Shown one piece after another: positions 23,400 to 37,572 of a stretch of DNA of 64,000 bases. The translations under genes and the position numbers were made by a program. The stretch's first letter is position 1; each line of letters opens with the position of its first letter. The stretch spans positions 1 to 64,000 of the forward strand of contig QPGO01000161.1 in NCBI GenBank assembly GCA_008632985.1. Reading direction: 5' to 3'. This stretch comes from Psammoneis japonica. Its lineage: Eukaryota. Under the pieces are notes generated by a model. The model did no database searches, was not told the origin of the DNA, and saw nothing but the letters and a program-made list of their open reading frames with translations.

Positions 23400-26300
23400 T
23401 CATATTGTTGACGCAGAGTCCAGCTCATCAGGCACAATTGTGAGTTTTTTTGGGTTGGTGGCATTTTTCGTGCGTTGGGTCGTGCATGAAAGCCTACGTG
23501 GAAAAATGATCATTGCCCCGTCTATTGCCCTTGAGACTTTTTCTCGCCACTGACTGTTGAAATGCGCGACCAAACACTTGTTGCACTCACGCACTGGCGG
23601 TCGTGCGCATGGTCAGCACGGTTGCTTTGTGTGAAATGTTGATGCCGCACAACAACGCACAACACAGTGTGGCTGGGCATGTGCAATTCTGTGTTGGTGT
23701 GTGCAACTCCAGCTCCCAAAAGGGGTGACATCATGTGCCTTGCCCCCAGGTCAGATGTGCAAAGAACCGCTGTGGTCAGCTCAACAGCTTTTTGGCAGCG
23801 GGGTGTGTGCTTTGTTTCATTTTGCTCATGGCAGAGAGTGCAGTTTGCCCCCAGGTCAGATGTGCAAGAAACGGCGGTGGTCAGCTTGACACATTTTTGC
23901 AGCGGCGGCATGTGCTTTGTTTCATTCAGCGCACTGTGGTGCTCTGACACAGCAGGTGAAAAACACAGGGTTTTTGTCTCTTTCTCATGCAGGCAAGTGT
24001 GGCAGCAATGTGTCTTGGTTTTGTTTGTGTGCACAGCATCCTTGCCAAACCTGTTGTTTGTCCTGGCTGGTCATTGGCACAGCCCATTGTTGACAGATGC
24101 AAGCAGGGCATTGTCAGTGTGCTGCAGCACATCAGCACCCATTGTGCTGTGCACAGTGTCAGGGCCAGAGCTGTGCTGTTGCTCTCACTCAACAAAAAGA
24201 GCACTCAGCTCTCCAGCTTCTGGAGGGAGGCAGAAGTGCCATGCTGCCCATGTTGCTTTGGCCAACAAACAATGGCCATGGATGTAAAATTTGCAAACAT
24301 TGTGTGCTTTGCTCTCCCCTCAGCCACCACCACACATCATTTTTGGGGGGGGTTGCTTGCAAAAAAGGGGAGCACATGCTGAGGTGCTGTTGATTGTTGT
24401 GGTGCTCCTTGAAGGAAATGCTGTTGAGAAAATGGCAACAGCAGAGGTGCCATGTTGGGTGGTTTCCATGGTTTTTGGCTGCACTGCACCAATGGCGAAC
24501 TCATCTGAAACTGAGTCTCACACTTGTTGAGTTGGTGTGGCTGCCATTTTGCCCATCATGTGCCCACCATTCTCCTCAGTGGTGGGGCCAGCAGAAAAAA
24601 ATTGTGAGTCAGCAGAAAAAAAAAACAACTGCAGAGCTTGTGCACACAATTCCATGGGCCAATCTTTGCATGCTGGCCCACCCCAGGATGGGAGTGCATG
24701 CAAACAATGTCGCCAATCACACAAGGGGCAAGATCCTTTTGTGCCATCACTCTCATGAGGATGACAACAAAGTTTGGCCTCCTCCTTTCAGCAGGAACTT
24801 GAGCTGACAACAGGCCAAGGCACAAAGTGCTTCTTGTGAAGCTTGTCAATGGACCCAACTTTCCTTGGCCTCAGAAAAAAAGTTGCTCACCGCCATTGTC
24901 TTGTCAAAGTTGGCTTCATCAAAGGCAACATTTGAAAAATGCAAAGCAAGTGGCAACTCCCTGGAGTGTGCATGTTTTTGTTGTTTCTTCTGAGATTGCT
25001 CATGCTCTTGTTCCACGAATTGAAAAGAGCACATTGTGTGCTGGTGTTTTGATGGTGTCCATGGCGCACCAGTGGGCAAGTTGATGTTTGTGGTGCTCTT
25101 GTGATTTTCTTGGTGTGATGTGCGACACTGTGATTGACGCTCATCAGGCTGTCCATCTGAGCTCCTCGACATGACACCCTTGCTGCACATGCCACAGAAA
25201 CAACATCCAAATGAGTTGTGGTTGGCCAAGTCTCAACAGGGTGGCGCTGGGTGTGCATTCTTTTGGGGGTGCAGGTGCTTTGCAGCTCAAAAAGCTCGAT
25301 GAGCAAATGTGTGATCTTGGGGGGCTGTGCACTGCACCACTCTGGCATCACCAAGAAAACCACAATTTTTGATGACTTCAATGCAAAAGCTCACAAAAAA
25401 TCTTCTCATCTCTGCTCATCTTCATGTGGGTCACAAGCAACAACAAGCAGCACAACCATTTGCTCAAACATCAGCAAGAGACTTGACAAATCTAGCTTGG
25501 TGGACAAAAAAAGTGCAAGAAAGCCACTTGGAAAATTGCTGGCAAATCTCCTTCATCGCTGGCAGCGTGCAAAGCAAAAGATGCCATTTTGGGAGAAGCT
25601 CCAAGAGCAGTTCAACGAGGTGCATCAAAATGCAAATGTGAGCGATGCAGCATTGTTGACAGCATCTCCAGACAATGACAAGCAGAGAAGGCCACTGCAA
25701 ACAATGGTGCTGACACACAAGGATTGAAGCAAGTTGTGTGTGCTGACAAACAAAAAGGGACAGCTGGCCATGCAAAAGTGTCTCCAGCTGTGCTTCTCAG
25801 GGTGTTTGTCAGGAGTGAGAGAGAGAGACACAACATGCATGTCCTGCACAAAGCTGGTGAAAACAATTTTTTAGAACAAGCCAGTGCTCCAGCACAGGGT
25901 TGCAATGGAGCAGCCAGAGAAGCACACTGCACAGCGCGGCATCAACAATCTTTGCTGGCGTCAATCTGCATGTGAGCAAGAGTTGAAAGTGGGTGATCCT
26001 TGAAGGTTGCAGAGTGCAAAATTTGCATCAGCACATTGTGCCAAAATGGCGCCAATGGTGTGGTGTTGACAATTTCATTGATTGTTCATGGTGCACATTG
26101 GGGTTGTGTTCCTGTTGAAAAAAGAAAGTCTCCAGTTGAGCCCCACATTGGTGCAACCCAGAGTGGCAGCAAACTCTGACTTTCTGCCCATTTCTCATCA
26201 TCAACAAGAACATGGCTGGGAGTTTGAGGTCACCTCATCAGGCCCTTGCATGGCAGCTTCAATGCAGCTCAAGCTTGACAAAGAAAGAGAGCAGCAATGA

Positions 26301-29300
26301 CATCACTGGGTGAAATCATTTTGTGTGGCACAGACAAGAAGCTCAAGAAGTTTTCTCATTCTGTCCTTGTTGCTGCATGCCATCATCAGTTGGAAAGAGG
26401 GGAGAGGGGGGTGGATGAGCTCTTTTTGAACAAAGCATTGGTGACTCCCTGGAGTGTGCACAAAATTTGTTGTTTCTTTTCAGATTGCTCACACTCTTGT
26501 TCTGTGAATTAAAATGAAAAACATCTTGTGTGCTTTTTGATGTGGCATCCATGATGCTGGGCAAGTTGATGTTTGTGGTGCTCTTGTGATTTTCTTGGCA
26601 CAACACATGACATTGTGATCAAATGTTCAATGTTCACCAGGCTGTCTGTCTGAGCTTGACATCATGATGCTCAAACACTGCATTTTTTGTGCTTGCATCC
26701 ACGGTTGAAGATTGGCATTGAACTGACCCCTCCTTGCACACCGTGCCACACAAACAACATTCAAATGAATTGTGGCTCGCCAAGTCAACAGGGTGGTGGT
26801 GGATGTGCATTTTTTGGGGTGTGTGGGGGGAGACTTTGCTGTTCAACAAGCTCAATGTGCAAATGTGTGATCCTGGGTGTGGGGCCGCACTGCACCACTC
26901 TGGTGTAAAAATCACAGAGAAGACCTCATTTTTTTGTTGAGTCCACTGACCTCAATGCAAAAGCTCACAAAGAAACTTCTCATCTCTGCTCATCTTCATG
27001 TGGGTCACAACAAGTGACAAACTGCACAACCACTTGCTCAAACAGTGTCCTCCAGCACCCAGTTTTCTCATGCTGTCCTTGTTGACATGCTCCATTGTCA
27101 TGTCATGAGACAAATCAGAGGACCCATGAAGAAAGCAAAAACCAATGACAGACATGCTCTCCAGCTCCAGCTCCAGCTCCAGCTCCAGGTGGTGGTGGCA
27201 CCCAACATGGCTGCTGATCTTTCACGTGTGGATGTTTTTTTTTTGCACGCAGCACAACACCATCCACTCGACAACTTTTTCATGTTTGTTCACACACAAT
27301 GCCTCCTCACAGAGAACAAAAAGCTGCTGGTGGCAAAACTGTCGTGTGCACATTGATTGGCGCAAACTTTTTTTTTGTGAGAGATGGCTCACTTTTTCTT
27401 GGCCAATGATGTGCACATGTGTGTGTGTCTTTTGCAGTTGTCTGCGCCACTTCTTGTGCTCTCCTCAGGTCAGTGCTGCTGGTGGTGTGGCGCTGGCTCT
27501 TTGTGGCCCCAAAAATTCAAAAACACCCATCATTTTGTTTGTGTGTGTGTTTCAATGGTGTCCATGTGTGGTGATGGGGATGTTTTGAGGCGCTCTTTTT
27601 TTTTCTTGTTTGCGACATGGCTGGAACATGCAATTCAATGAGGCGTGTGTTGCACATGAACAGTTGCATTTTGGGCAAACAACTCCGAAATTCAGCTCCG
27701 ATCCCACAACATCACATCACAATGTTGAAACGGACAAAGGTTTGGCATGCTGACCATGTGCTTGTGATTTGAATGCTGGCGATTTAATCCATGGGATTTT
27801 GATTGTAACATGATGGAGTTGGGGTCTTTTTGCATTGTCCCCCACAATTTGTGCATTTGCAGTCTTCGACAGTGCTGCCATTGTGAAGAGCATGTTGCTG
27901 GAAGTTGTTCTTGATGGCTGAACGTGCCGATGGGTTGGAGTTCATCCCACACCTTGGGAATGGCGCCATGTCCTCTTGCAAATGCGTTTGTGGACAGGCA
28001 TCCTGCAAGAAAATCTCTGAAGCATTTGGGAGTCTCGGCAACATTCAAGGTTTGCATGCCCAGATGCCAGCGGTGAGGGAAGGTGCGAGAAAGCAGAGCT
28101 TTGGGAAGCTAAAGCAATCCAAGTTTGGCCGCTGCATGGATCACCTTGGTGGAAAAAATGCATTGGGTAATGTGAGCAATGAGACCTTTGACAAGTGCAG
28201 CCAAGGGTCAAAACCTGCTGCCAGCACCAGAAGCACTGTCAATGGCCCAAAGCACAAGGCCAAGAATGTGGCTTGGCATCATTTCCACCCGGTCATCATC
28301 AAGAAGGCATGCAACCCAGTGTCAAAGAGCTGCATGTGCATTGACATGATTCCATGTCAGTTTGTCCACGAGAGGATTGGCGCTGGCAATGGCCACACGA
28401 AAGAAGACTGACATGGTGATGAAAAGTGCACTGTGGTTCCAAGCTGTGTTCATGCTGCCGATGACTTGAAGATGCTGCAGTGCCGAAAGTCATTGGAGGA
28501 CAACACATTGGAGTAAAAACAGAGATGTCGACAGCAACCAGCAGGTCTGGACCATCCTGCGGGTGTCTCTTTCATGTGGAAGACAACTTGTCCATGTGCC
28601 CTTGGCTTGGTCGCAGCAGTGGTGCTCCATCTTTTGCTCCCATGCTCGCAGTCGCCTTCCTTTGGTCAGAACTCAATGCTGCCACCCTCACAACATGTGA
28701 GCAACTGGCGGAGGATTGTGGCACGCCGATTGATGAAAATGGACGCAACACATGATGCATTTCGACACATCAATCGCTCTTTGTCTTGATCCACCACCGG
28801 TGTTGATGTGTCCGCGAGCGAAATCTGACAGAAAACATCAGAGTGCAGCTGTTCACGCAAAACATGCGCCTTGTGTTCACTTGCACAAAAACGGTCCCTA
28901 ACTTGCGATCAAACTTTCACCACCAAAAGTGTGGATTTACACAATTGTGAATGTTTTGCAACACTGACAAGACTCGTGTGAGTGTTGCAATGTCATCGTC
29001 ATTGTGCCATCTGTGTTTTTCATTGCGTTAAAAGATTCGCAACACAGTGGATGATTTTCAGCGAAAACATTGCCATCATTTGGATGTTGCCCAAACGTGT
29101 CTTTCTGCCATGCTGCTTGGCAGGTTTTCTACCTGCAAAGAAATCTCAGTGCAAATCCACTGACTGACGTGCAATCAGCATTGAGTCTGCTGAGAGAAAG
29201 TTTGTGATGCATGTCCCATGAGGACTTGAATGCCCCACAAAAAACTGTTTGAATGTTCATGCTCTACAAGCCTGCAAAAGTCAATCCATCCAAGCATTTT

Positions 29301-29780
29301 ACATGAAAACAATGCATGCACTAAAAGATGCACAATTTACACTCAAAATCGATTGTCGTTTTGTGCGTCACCTGGGACTGGAACACGTCACAAAAGGCCT
29401 TGACAATGGTTCTTTGTCCTCTTCACAGAAGCACACACACTTTTTTTTTTGGAGAAAGATGGCTCACTTTTTTGGGGGGAGAGATGGCTCACTTTTTTTC
29501 TTGTTTTGGCGCCAGTGGTGCACACACGTGTGTCGTTTTTTGTTTTGTTGTCTGCTGGTGTGCTGCTTGTGCTCTTGTTGCGCACTCCTTTTTTGAGAGG
29601 TCAGCACACTCGTGTTTGTGCCCCAATTTAAAAAAAAAACGCAAAACAACACCCATCATTCTGTGTGATGGGGATGTTTGTGGCGCTCTTGTTGTAATTT
29701 CCTCTTGTCATTGACGTGTGACATGGCTGATGATTCAACGTTCGTCAGCTCGCTGTCCGATCGAGTCGGAGCTTCGACAA
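23400..29780. mobile_element. Large TpA-depleted degenerate repeat/TE block, unclassified, with internal duplications
   Basis: TpA nearly absent. Internal repeats 23741-23845/23846-23930, about 24950-25480/26435-27040 and about 27365-27625/29445-29730. No diagnostic transposase recognised. Confidence 0.6.
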
Positions 29781-30171
29781 CATGATGATGTGTTCGCAAA
29801 TAAATGTCGCATTTTATGTCTACCTACACCATTGTAGATTCGCATAAAACCAACCCCTCCCTGTACATTCTACACAAATTACACACCAAACACAGCATTT
29901 CCGCGCGTGCGTCGTATATAGAAATTTAGTCTAAAAAATGTTGGGCTAAACAAGAATCAAACATTTATTTATATTTGTAATTAGAGATTTGATATAAAAT
30001 CAAAATGACTATCGAAACTGCATCAGTCGTGTAGCTTTTGTACCACACGTTGTGTAGAATGCACTTGAGTATACTCTTATATATTCATTAACATTCATAT
30101 TCCACCGTTGCCAATCCCACGATGCGTGTCGCACGCTCCACATTCACAACAAACAAAAACAAAACAACACC

Positions 30172-33100
30172 ATGGGCAACACGCAAGCACTCGATAGCGT
30201 TTCGGCCACTATCCAAAAGTCGGCCAAAAGTTAGAACAATCCGATTTACTCGATAATCTATGTGGTATTGAACAAGAGCCACGACGACATCATAAAGAAC
30301 GACGTGGAAATAGCAACAGCTATGACGAAGATTATAGCGAAGAGGATGAAACTCTCTTTTCCGAAACAGACACGATGGATGATTCTTCCAAATATACCAA
30401 GGAATCATCGTATACCAAAGAATCGGCTTCGTATAGTAAAGACGATTCACATTATCATCATCAAATCATCCACCACCTCCCTCGCAACAACCCTTGGCGA
30501 GTTCGTTTGCCAAGCGTTGTTATTTTACCAAGGCGGGTATTGGCAAAACGACCTGTCATTATGAGGGATTGACCTTGACGGGCAATGTGGTTTTAATGTT
30601 GGCTCAAGCCATGAAATTAAAGGGATGTCCCACCATTTGTGATGAAGACTTGAGGAGAGTGGAACAAACCTATCCCAATCAATTTTCACGATTGCCCGAT
30701 GAATTGTTATTAAGCAGTGGATGGAGACGTATTTCGAAATATTGTCATTTTTCCAATAAACCCATACCGGATGGAATTCCGTTTTTTCGTGAGTCATGAG
30801 AGTTGTTGTTGTTGTGATATGGCTGTTGTTGTCATTGTTGCGTTTGCTCTGACGAACCTCTCTCTCTCCTCTCTCTTTTTTTTCAATACAGACTCCCGCG
30901 AACGCGTCCATCCGTCGGGCGGATATTATTTTTTATTGGCTGCCGCTGTGGGTATGATTCGTCCCATGGATGTGGAACCCCTCACTCGGGATACCTTGGT
31001 GTTGTTGGAAACGGATTATAGTGAAAAGTGTGATGCCCTACCTTCCCAGTTGATTCAAGATGCCTCCCAATGGATGTTGGTGGATAAATTCTGTTTCTTT
31101 TCCGGTGGTCCCATTAATGATCAAGAGGATGTGTATTATCAAGCCGTATTGGATGGGAATTGGATTTACATGTTGGCATTCTTGTCGCCCAGTTTGACAC
31201 CCCAAGAGCTGTACAAGTTGAACTCGCCAGAAGTGGAACTCAAAACCATTCAACAAGTTCAGGCGGTGGAACAAGTTTATGATTTACAAGAACGGGATTT
31301 TGATGATTTGAAACTCTATCATTTGGGACCCTGTCGTGCTCTGTGAGTCTATAACAAATGGGAGTTTTTGTGTGTTGAATTTGTAAATGTACTCACCCCA
31401 AACTATTCAATATCCTTAATTTGTTACTACAGTCCACCCTTTGTGTTGCAACCGAGTGCATGGACGAAAATTTTACCACGTTACTTTTTATGGGCCAAGG
31501 AGAAGCGATGCGACGAGCGTATGATTATCAAATGGAAACGTTTGGAAAAGTCGAAGAAGGATTTGGTATGATGAATGGTGGAAATAATGCTCAAGTGATG
31601 AATGGTGTTGGAATGCAACAAACAAATGATGAATGGTGGTTATGGTGCCGAGCCGCAGCAATATTATGGACAACAACAGCAACCATCACCCATGCAACAG
31701 CAACCGCATCCGTCACCCATGATGCAACAACAGCAACAGCATCCGTCGCCCAGCATGATGCAACAACAACACAACAGCCTCATTTGTACCCATCACCGCA
31801 GCAGCAACAGCAACCACCCATGCAACCCGTGTTGCAGCAACAGCATCAAGAATCACTGCAACCCAAGAATTTTGCACCCGTACAACAACACCCATCCAAT
31901 AATAGCTTTCAACGTGAAGTCGAAGAAGAGGGGCCTTTATTGCGGATGCACCGTGAGTTTGTTACTTGATTTTGAATTTGAATTTGTTGTATACAATGTG
32001 TATTCTTGCTCACACTCCATCTACTCTCTCTATATATTCATTATTACAGCCAAGACGAAGCAATTGCATCTCGTGGTGCTGCTGGAAAAGGACTCCAACA
32101 CCAGCAACAACAGCCTATTCTTACTACGTCTTCGTCTCGTGGCAAACCATTGGCACCTCGTCCACCACCAGCCAATTCGTCTGGATTGGATCCACCCGAG
32201 GATGAACAACAACCTCCGAGTCTTTCACCACGATCGACTAGTGTGTCTCGTAAATCCACAAGTGAATTTGATTCTCGTGCCAGTGAATTTGATTCGCGAG
32301 CCAGTGAATTTGATTCTCGTGCTGCGAGTGAATTTGCGGATTCCAGACAAGACGATGAGTTTGTTGTGCAAGAGCATCACTATAAAGAACCATCGCCGAG
32401 ACATTATTCCTCCAAGGAGCCGTCTCCAAGGCATCAGTACGAGTCGTCTCCGCATCATTACAAGGAGCCTTCGCCCCGACACGAGCCGTCGCCACATCAT
32501 TACAAGGAGCCGTCGCCACGACACGAGCCATCGCCTCATCATTACAAGGAGCCATCGCCACGACACGAGCCTTCGCCTCATCATTACAAGGAGCCGTCTC
32601 CAAGACACGAGCCATCGCCTCATCATTACAAGGAGCAGCCGTCTCCCCATTACAAGGAGCCGTCACCACGACACGAGCCGTCGCCGCATTACAAGGAGCC
32701 GTCTCCACATTATAAGGAGGAACCGTCACCGCATTACAAGGAGCCTTCGCCCCGACACGAGTACAACGAGCCGTCACCGCATTACAAGGAGGAGCCTTCG
32801 CCACGGCATTACGAGTCTCCTCATGATGATTTGAAGGAGGAGGATTCACCCAGTCATCATGACTACGAATCGCCTCATCATTTCAACAAGGAGGTGTCGC
32901 CAACTGAAGAGGAGAGTTTTTCACCCGAGGACGAGCCACAACACCCGATGGATGATGGGTATGCCTATCGTGATGCTGAATTTGTCCAAGAGGAGAATGA
33001 GTTTGGACAAGAAACATCGTGGGATAAAGAACAAAATGAATCATGGGCAAGGGCACAAGAGGAGGAAGATTCGTGGAATCAACCACAAGAGCCGTCGCAG

Positions 33101-33529
33101 CAGCCGCCAGAGGAGGAGGATTCGTGGGCGAACAAGGAGGATATGCAGCAGGAGGGTTCGTGGAATGCATCCTCACAACCAGAAGATTCGTGGGATGCAC
33201 AGCCGATTGCTTCTGCGAGTGATAGTTTTTCAGAGCTACCACCACATCCCAGCATTGATGAAGGCAATTCCAGTACGTTTTCACCCGGATCTACCCCACG
33301 ACATGAAGAGCCGTCCATTGTGTTGTCTCCGGCGGACGAATCGAGTGCGGGTGATAGTTTCTTGTCGGGATCCTCGGTATGGACCGACAATACAAACAAC
33401 AATCTCAATTCACGACGTGCACTTATTTTACAAATGGCCAAGGCTCGAATGAAATCACAACAATCGAAACAACAACGAAAGGCTGCTCGTGGCGAAGGAG
33501 TGGATGATTCGGTGGGTGAATTGGATTGA
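30172..33529 (+). CDS. Multi-exon protein of unknown function: globular middle domain, Gln-rich tract and HHYKEPSPRHEPSP repeats
   Basis: Start MGNTQA. GT-AG introns about 30789-30891, 31343-31431 and 31953-32049. Coherent domain (SSFAKRCYFTKAGIG...DLKLYHLGPCRALPPFVLQP). Several single-base frameshifts (about 30228, 30465, 31500, 31622, 31768). Confidence 0.65.
32380..32830 (+). repeat. Coding minisatellite, about 42-bp unit encoding HHYKEPSPRHEPSP
   Basis: Repeated cattacaaggagccgtcgccacgacacgagcc. A 21-bp ASEFDSR repeat lies just upstream (about 32261-32345). Confidence 0.9.
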
Positions 33530-33968
33530 TAACATGTATGTTTAAGAAAATGAGTTATATTGTTACAAGACTATCCACCCTACAGCAGCAGCTTTAGTGA
33601 CAATGGCATGCTCGCTCGTCGCTAATGTTTTTTGTGCTGTAGTTATGTTCTACGACTCTTCTGGAAGAGTCCCCGTCAAAGGCATCCAACTCTCATCAGA
33701 GCACATAGCCTGCAATCTGCATCAAACGAAAGCACTTATTATGATTTTCTTTATATTATTTGGGTCGTACATGGAACGTCACTGGAAACCGGCGGGTAGA
33801 CTATCACACCTTTGTTTCCCTAAAGTGAGAGCGAGTTGGTGCGCTCGGTTCCTTGACGAATCGAGCTACCACGCTACTAGCTCTAGAGCATTGCGTTTCC
33901 TCTAATAATGACAATTTAAAACAAGAACTCTCAATTTTACGGTTTTAGCTTCCAAATGCGTACGGTCG

Positions 33969-36900
33969 TCAGCGGTGGTTGTCAAGATTGTGATACTTGA
34001 TATCGAGGCGTTGTCCATCAAAGGGATAGCCATCTGTCCGAGTAATGTCGAATATATATCCAGGACCCTGAAACGAGACGTACATGTGACGACTATCCGG
34101 TGAGAAGGCCAATCCTGTAGACTCCCCGGTAAAGTTGAATCTAAAGAGCGAATCGAAAGCAATAAACAAAATATTAGCAAGAGGGGTGGCGTCGCGAACT
34201 GAGACAATTCTCTGTTTTTCTTCTTACCCCGTGTTCTCCAGAATGGTGTAGTAGTTTCCTGCGGCATCACGACCATGCACACCGTTTTCGTATTGACTAG
34301 AACCCGATTTGCCGTCCTCGCAAAAGTAAAGGATCGAGTCGTCGCCGTTGATTAGCCTGGCGACTTGGTCAGGCTTTCGATCAAAGGCTCCCGAGTCGGT
34401 GGAACTGCTCTCGTACGTACCCGAATCAAGATCCAGAATAAAGAGTTTGCTGTTTCCCTTGCAAGTGAAATAACAAATTCCATCACGGATGTCGATTCCT
34501 TCTGGTTTCTTGTAGTACGCGAGAGCACTTTCTTCTGCCAACGTTAGATTGTCTGTCCATGTAAACGTCCCGTCATCAGGGTTCAACGGGTCGTAAGGTT
34601 TAATGACCAGATACTCAACTTTTGCCGTTCCATTTTCGTTGGTGTGCAACAAGTTCGTATAATTGCCCGACGATATTGCGTCTGCAATTGCTTGCTCGTC
34701 CGGTGTAAACCTATGCACTGGTCCAGCTTCCCTATCTGCCGTGATGAAAAACTTGACATTGGCAGGATCACGGTTGTCGTATGCTGCGCTTTCAAATTCA
34801 TCGCCATTTTCTCCACCAATAATTGTCTTTCGTGGCGGAATGACACCATAAGGGTCAATTTCCCACACTTGGCCACCCTCTGTCTCCTCGCAGGTGAGCC
34901 AGGTGCCGTAGAAAGTCTTGCCTCCTCCGCAATTACGTTTCGTAGTGTTGGTCGGAACAAGTCGTTCATAACCGACAACCTCGGCATTGGAATTGAAAAT
35001 TAACGCTCCAACACCGCCTTGAGATTTACTCTCTGCATTCGACACGTATCGAAACCATCCGGTGTCAGGGTCGTGGAATATCGCGGCACCGTCTGGGTCG
35101 GCATGCATGTTTTCCGTACTTTGTGATCCAATGGGAAAATCAAAGGTGACCTTTTGATGTTCTTGTGCAATAATTCGTGAGGTCAATCCTGTAGATAGCA
35201 TTAATCCATTTTCAAATACTGTCAAATCTCCAGGAATGTAGGTTACGGAGCCATTTGCCGGAGGCTTATAGCAATAATCAACTCCTGGTTTGTCTTCAGA
35301 ACCACCTGAAACACATCCGACCACGGGTTGGCTTTCGTTGCGCGAGTAGCACACCAAGCCAAGGTCCGCTCTACACTTTGTGTCATCGCCGGCGCAATCT
35401 CCAACACACTTGTCGCAGGGATTTTCTGAGTACAACTGCCCATTTTGAGAAGCTTGGGAAAGCCCAAGGTCGGTTGTGTAGCACTAAGTGTAGGAGAAGG
35501 TGTTACTGGCGCCAAAGTGGGGCCCATTGGGATCAATAGAGCCTTCTTCTTGATCACAAAATTGTCAACCACAATATTCAAAGCGGAACTAAAATCTCGC
35601 ACGATTATTGCGGCCTTGACTGGTTCAACAACTTTGCTGGGCACTGTATAGGAAATAGATCAGTGGCGATGTGAGGTGCGTGGCTGACAAGACGTGGCGC
35701 AAATTGTAAGCTGTATCAAAACAATACAAACCTGTGAACGAATCCTTGAACTTATTAAAGCCCACTGGATTCCAAATAGATTCGTAAGCACCCTTGAAAA
35801 TTCTCTTCTTCCATATCGCTGTGGTGGGGTTCGACGCATCATAAATCCATATTTTTACAGATGGGCAGGCATCGCTGTGCGCGGATGCATACGAAGTGTT
35901 GCAGTTGGCGCCAATGTTCGTGGCACTTTCCAATAGCTTGAAATCAGCCTCAATCTCCCACTCACTGTCGGCCTCCAAACATCGAACGTCAAGCATATGG
36001 TGGGCAAACTGCGGTCCATGCTTGGTGCTGGTGCGCCCCGTGAATAAAAGTGCAAGTGACCCGGTACCACCGTAAGGCTCAAGCGACCCTTTGCCGTAGG
36101 TATCCCAATATCCCATGTGACCAAGTTCCATGTCAGAGTTAGCGGTGAGTTCGCCGTTGCATAGCTTTGGTTTCTCTGAAATCGACACGTCGTCGACAAT
36201 GATGCTACCGTCCACAGGTTGGTTAACGTTGATTCGCAATGTACTGCTTGGGTCTGCATCCATTGCGGTAGCTGTGAACATGCCAAACATCTTACTCCAA
36301 CCCTCGCCATAAGGTAAGCCCGCAACATGGGCAATAATCTTATCACCCGTGCTGTTGCTTAGCGTCGTTTCTAGAAGGACCGTTGGACTGTTGGACGAAT
36401 TGGGAGAACAAATTTCGACATATATTAGCGCCCTCTCGATGAATTCAACAAGCAAACCCAATTGCGTCTACGTACCATTCAGTGGAACACGCATAATCGT
36501 TGCCTGAGCTATCTTTCAACTTGTACTTCAAATGCACCTGAAAAGAAGAAGAAAAGCGCATGAGCCACTGACGATCAAGACACAGATTTTAAGATTGAGA
36601 CATTTCATTTTTTACCTCGTATACTTTGTCTTCTTTCAAGCACCCAATTTTGATGTACTGCGCAAGTCCCCCACCAGAGTCCTCAATGGCATAATCTTCA
36701 GCTCCATCAAACCCTTCCACCAGTGTGAGGTTCTCGCCAAACAAATCAGTCCACCTCATGGTCCCTGCGCCAAAGTCTCCATTGTAGATAAGATCGGTAC
36801 AGTCTGTTTCAGTTGGGACAGAACTGGGAACCTCTGACGGACGCTCACTTGGTAACGAACTTGGTCCCACAGTTGGTACAGAACTTGCTACCGAACTCGG

Positions 36901-37572
36901 TTCGTTACTTGGTGCGGATGACGGCTCTGGTGTTGGTGGTGGAGTGCGAAGAACAATGTCGTCAATCTCAATGTCAACGCCACTAACAGCTCCTTCAACC
37001 CTCAGGGCGTGATAAGCATTGCTACCAATCAATTCAGCGGCCTCAAACTCGATCTCCGTTGAAATGGTCCAAAACTCCCCGTAAGTGATCTGACGAGATT
37101 GCTCCTCGGCGTACTTTACATAATCGGTCACGCCTCCACTGGAGTTCATGAATTCAGATTTAATAGCCAAACAACCTTCGCCGCTGTTAGCACAAGTAGT
37201 AGGACTTCCGTCACTTGTGCTCTTGAGTCTCACTCGTGCCGTCAGAGTGTAGGCCGTTTGGGGGGCAAGGCATGACCGAAAGCTTGACAGATCAATTTCA
37301 ACTCCATGACGCTCGTTCGTACGCTGATTGACCACCAAAACGTCTGCTCCATCTGCAGAAATATACTCGATGCTGGATCCTAGTCTTGGAAACACAATGG
37401 CCGATTCAATGGACGGTGGAGTCGTAAACGTTTCGTTTACGAAAACACCGTCCAGCGGACACGCCGCAGATGATAGACTTCGGAAACTGTCGTAGTAGTC
37501 CTCTCCAGTCCACTCTGCTCTATCAGCAGCTAAAGCTGAACCGAGGATAAGAGAAAGTGGCAACAGCCTCAT
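33969..37572 (-). CDS. phoX: Secreted PhoX-type (DUF839) alkaline phosphatase with N-terminal carbohydrate-binding-like domains and a frustulin-like Cys module
   Basis: Signal peptide MRLLPLSLILGSALA. PhoX motifs PDGAAIF, YVSNAE, NCGGGKTFYGTWLTCEE, FESAAYD, EGID, PDQV, LYFCED and GESTGLAFSPD..MYVSFQ. Introns about 36615-36538, 36475-36388, 35731-35645 and 34227-34141. One frameshift near 35430. Confidence 0.85.

Noticed and set aside
23406..29781. TGTTG...CAACA ends suggesting LTR termini or TIRs for the 23-30 kb block
   Set aside because: No matching TSD, no LTR pair and only weak similarity between the ends.
32380..32830. Regular repeat array considered as a CRISPR
   Set aside because: There are no unique spacers, it is an in-frame coding repeat in a eukaryotic gene, and no cas genes are present.
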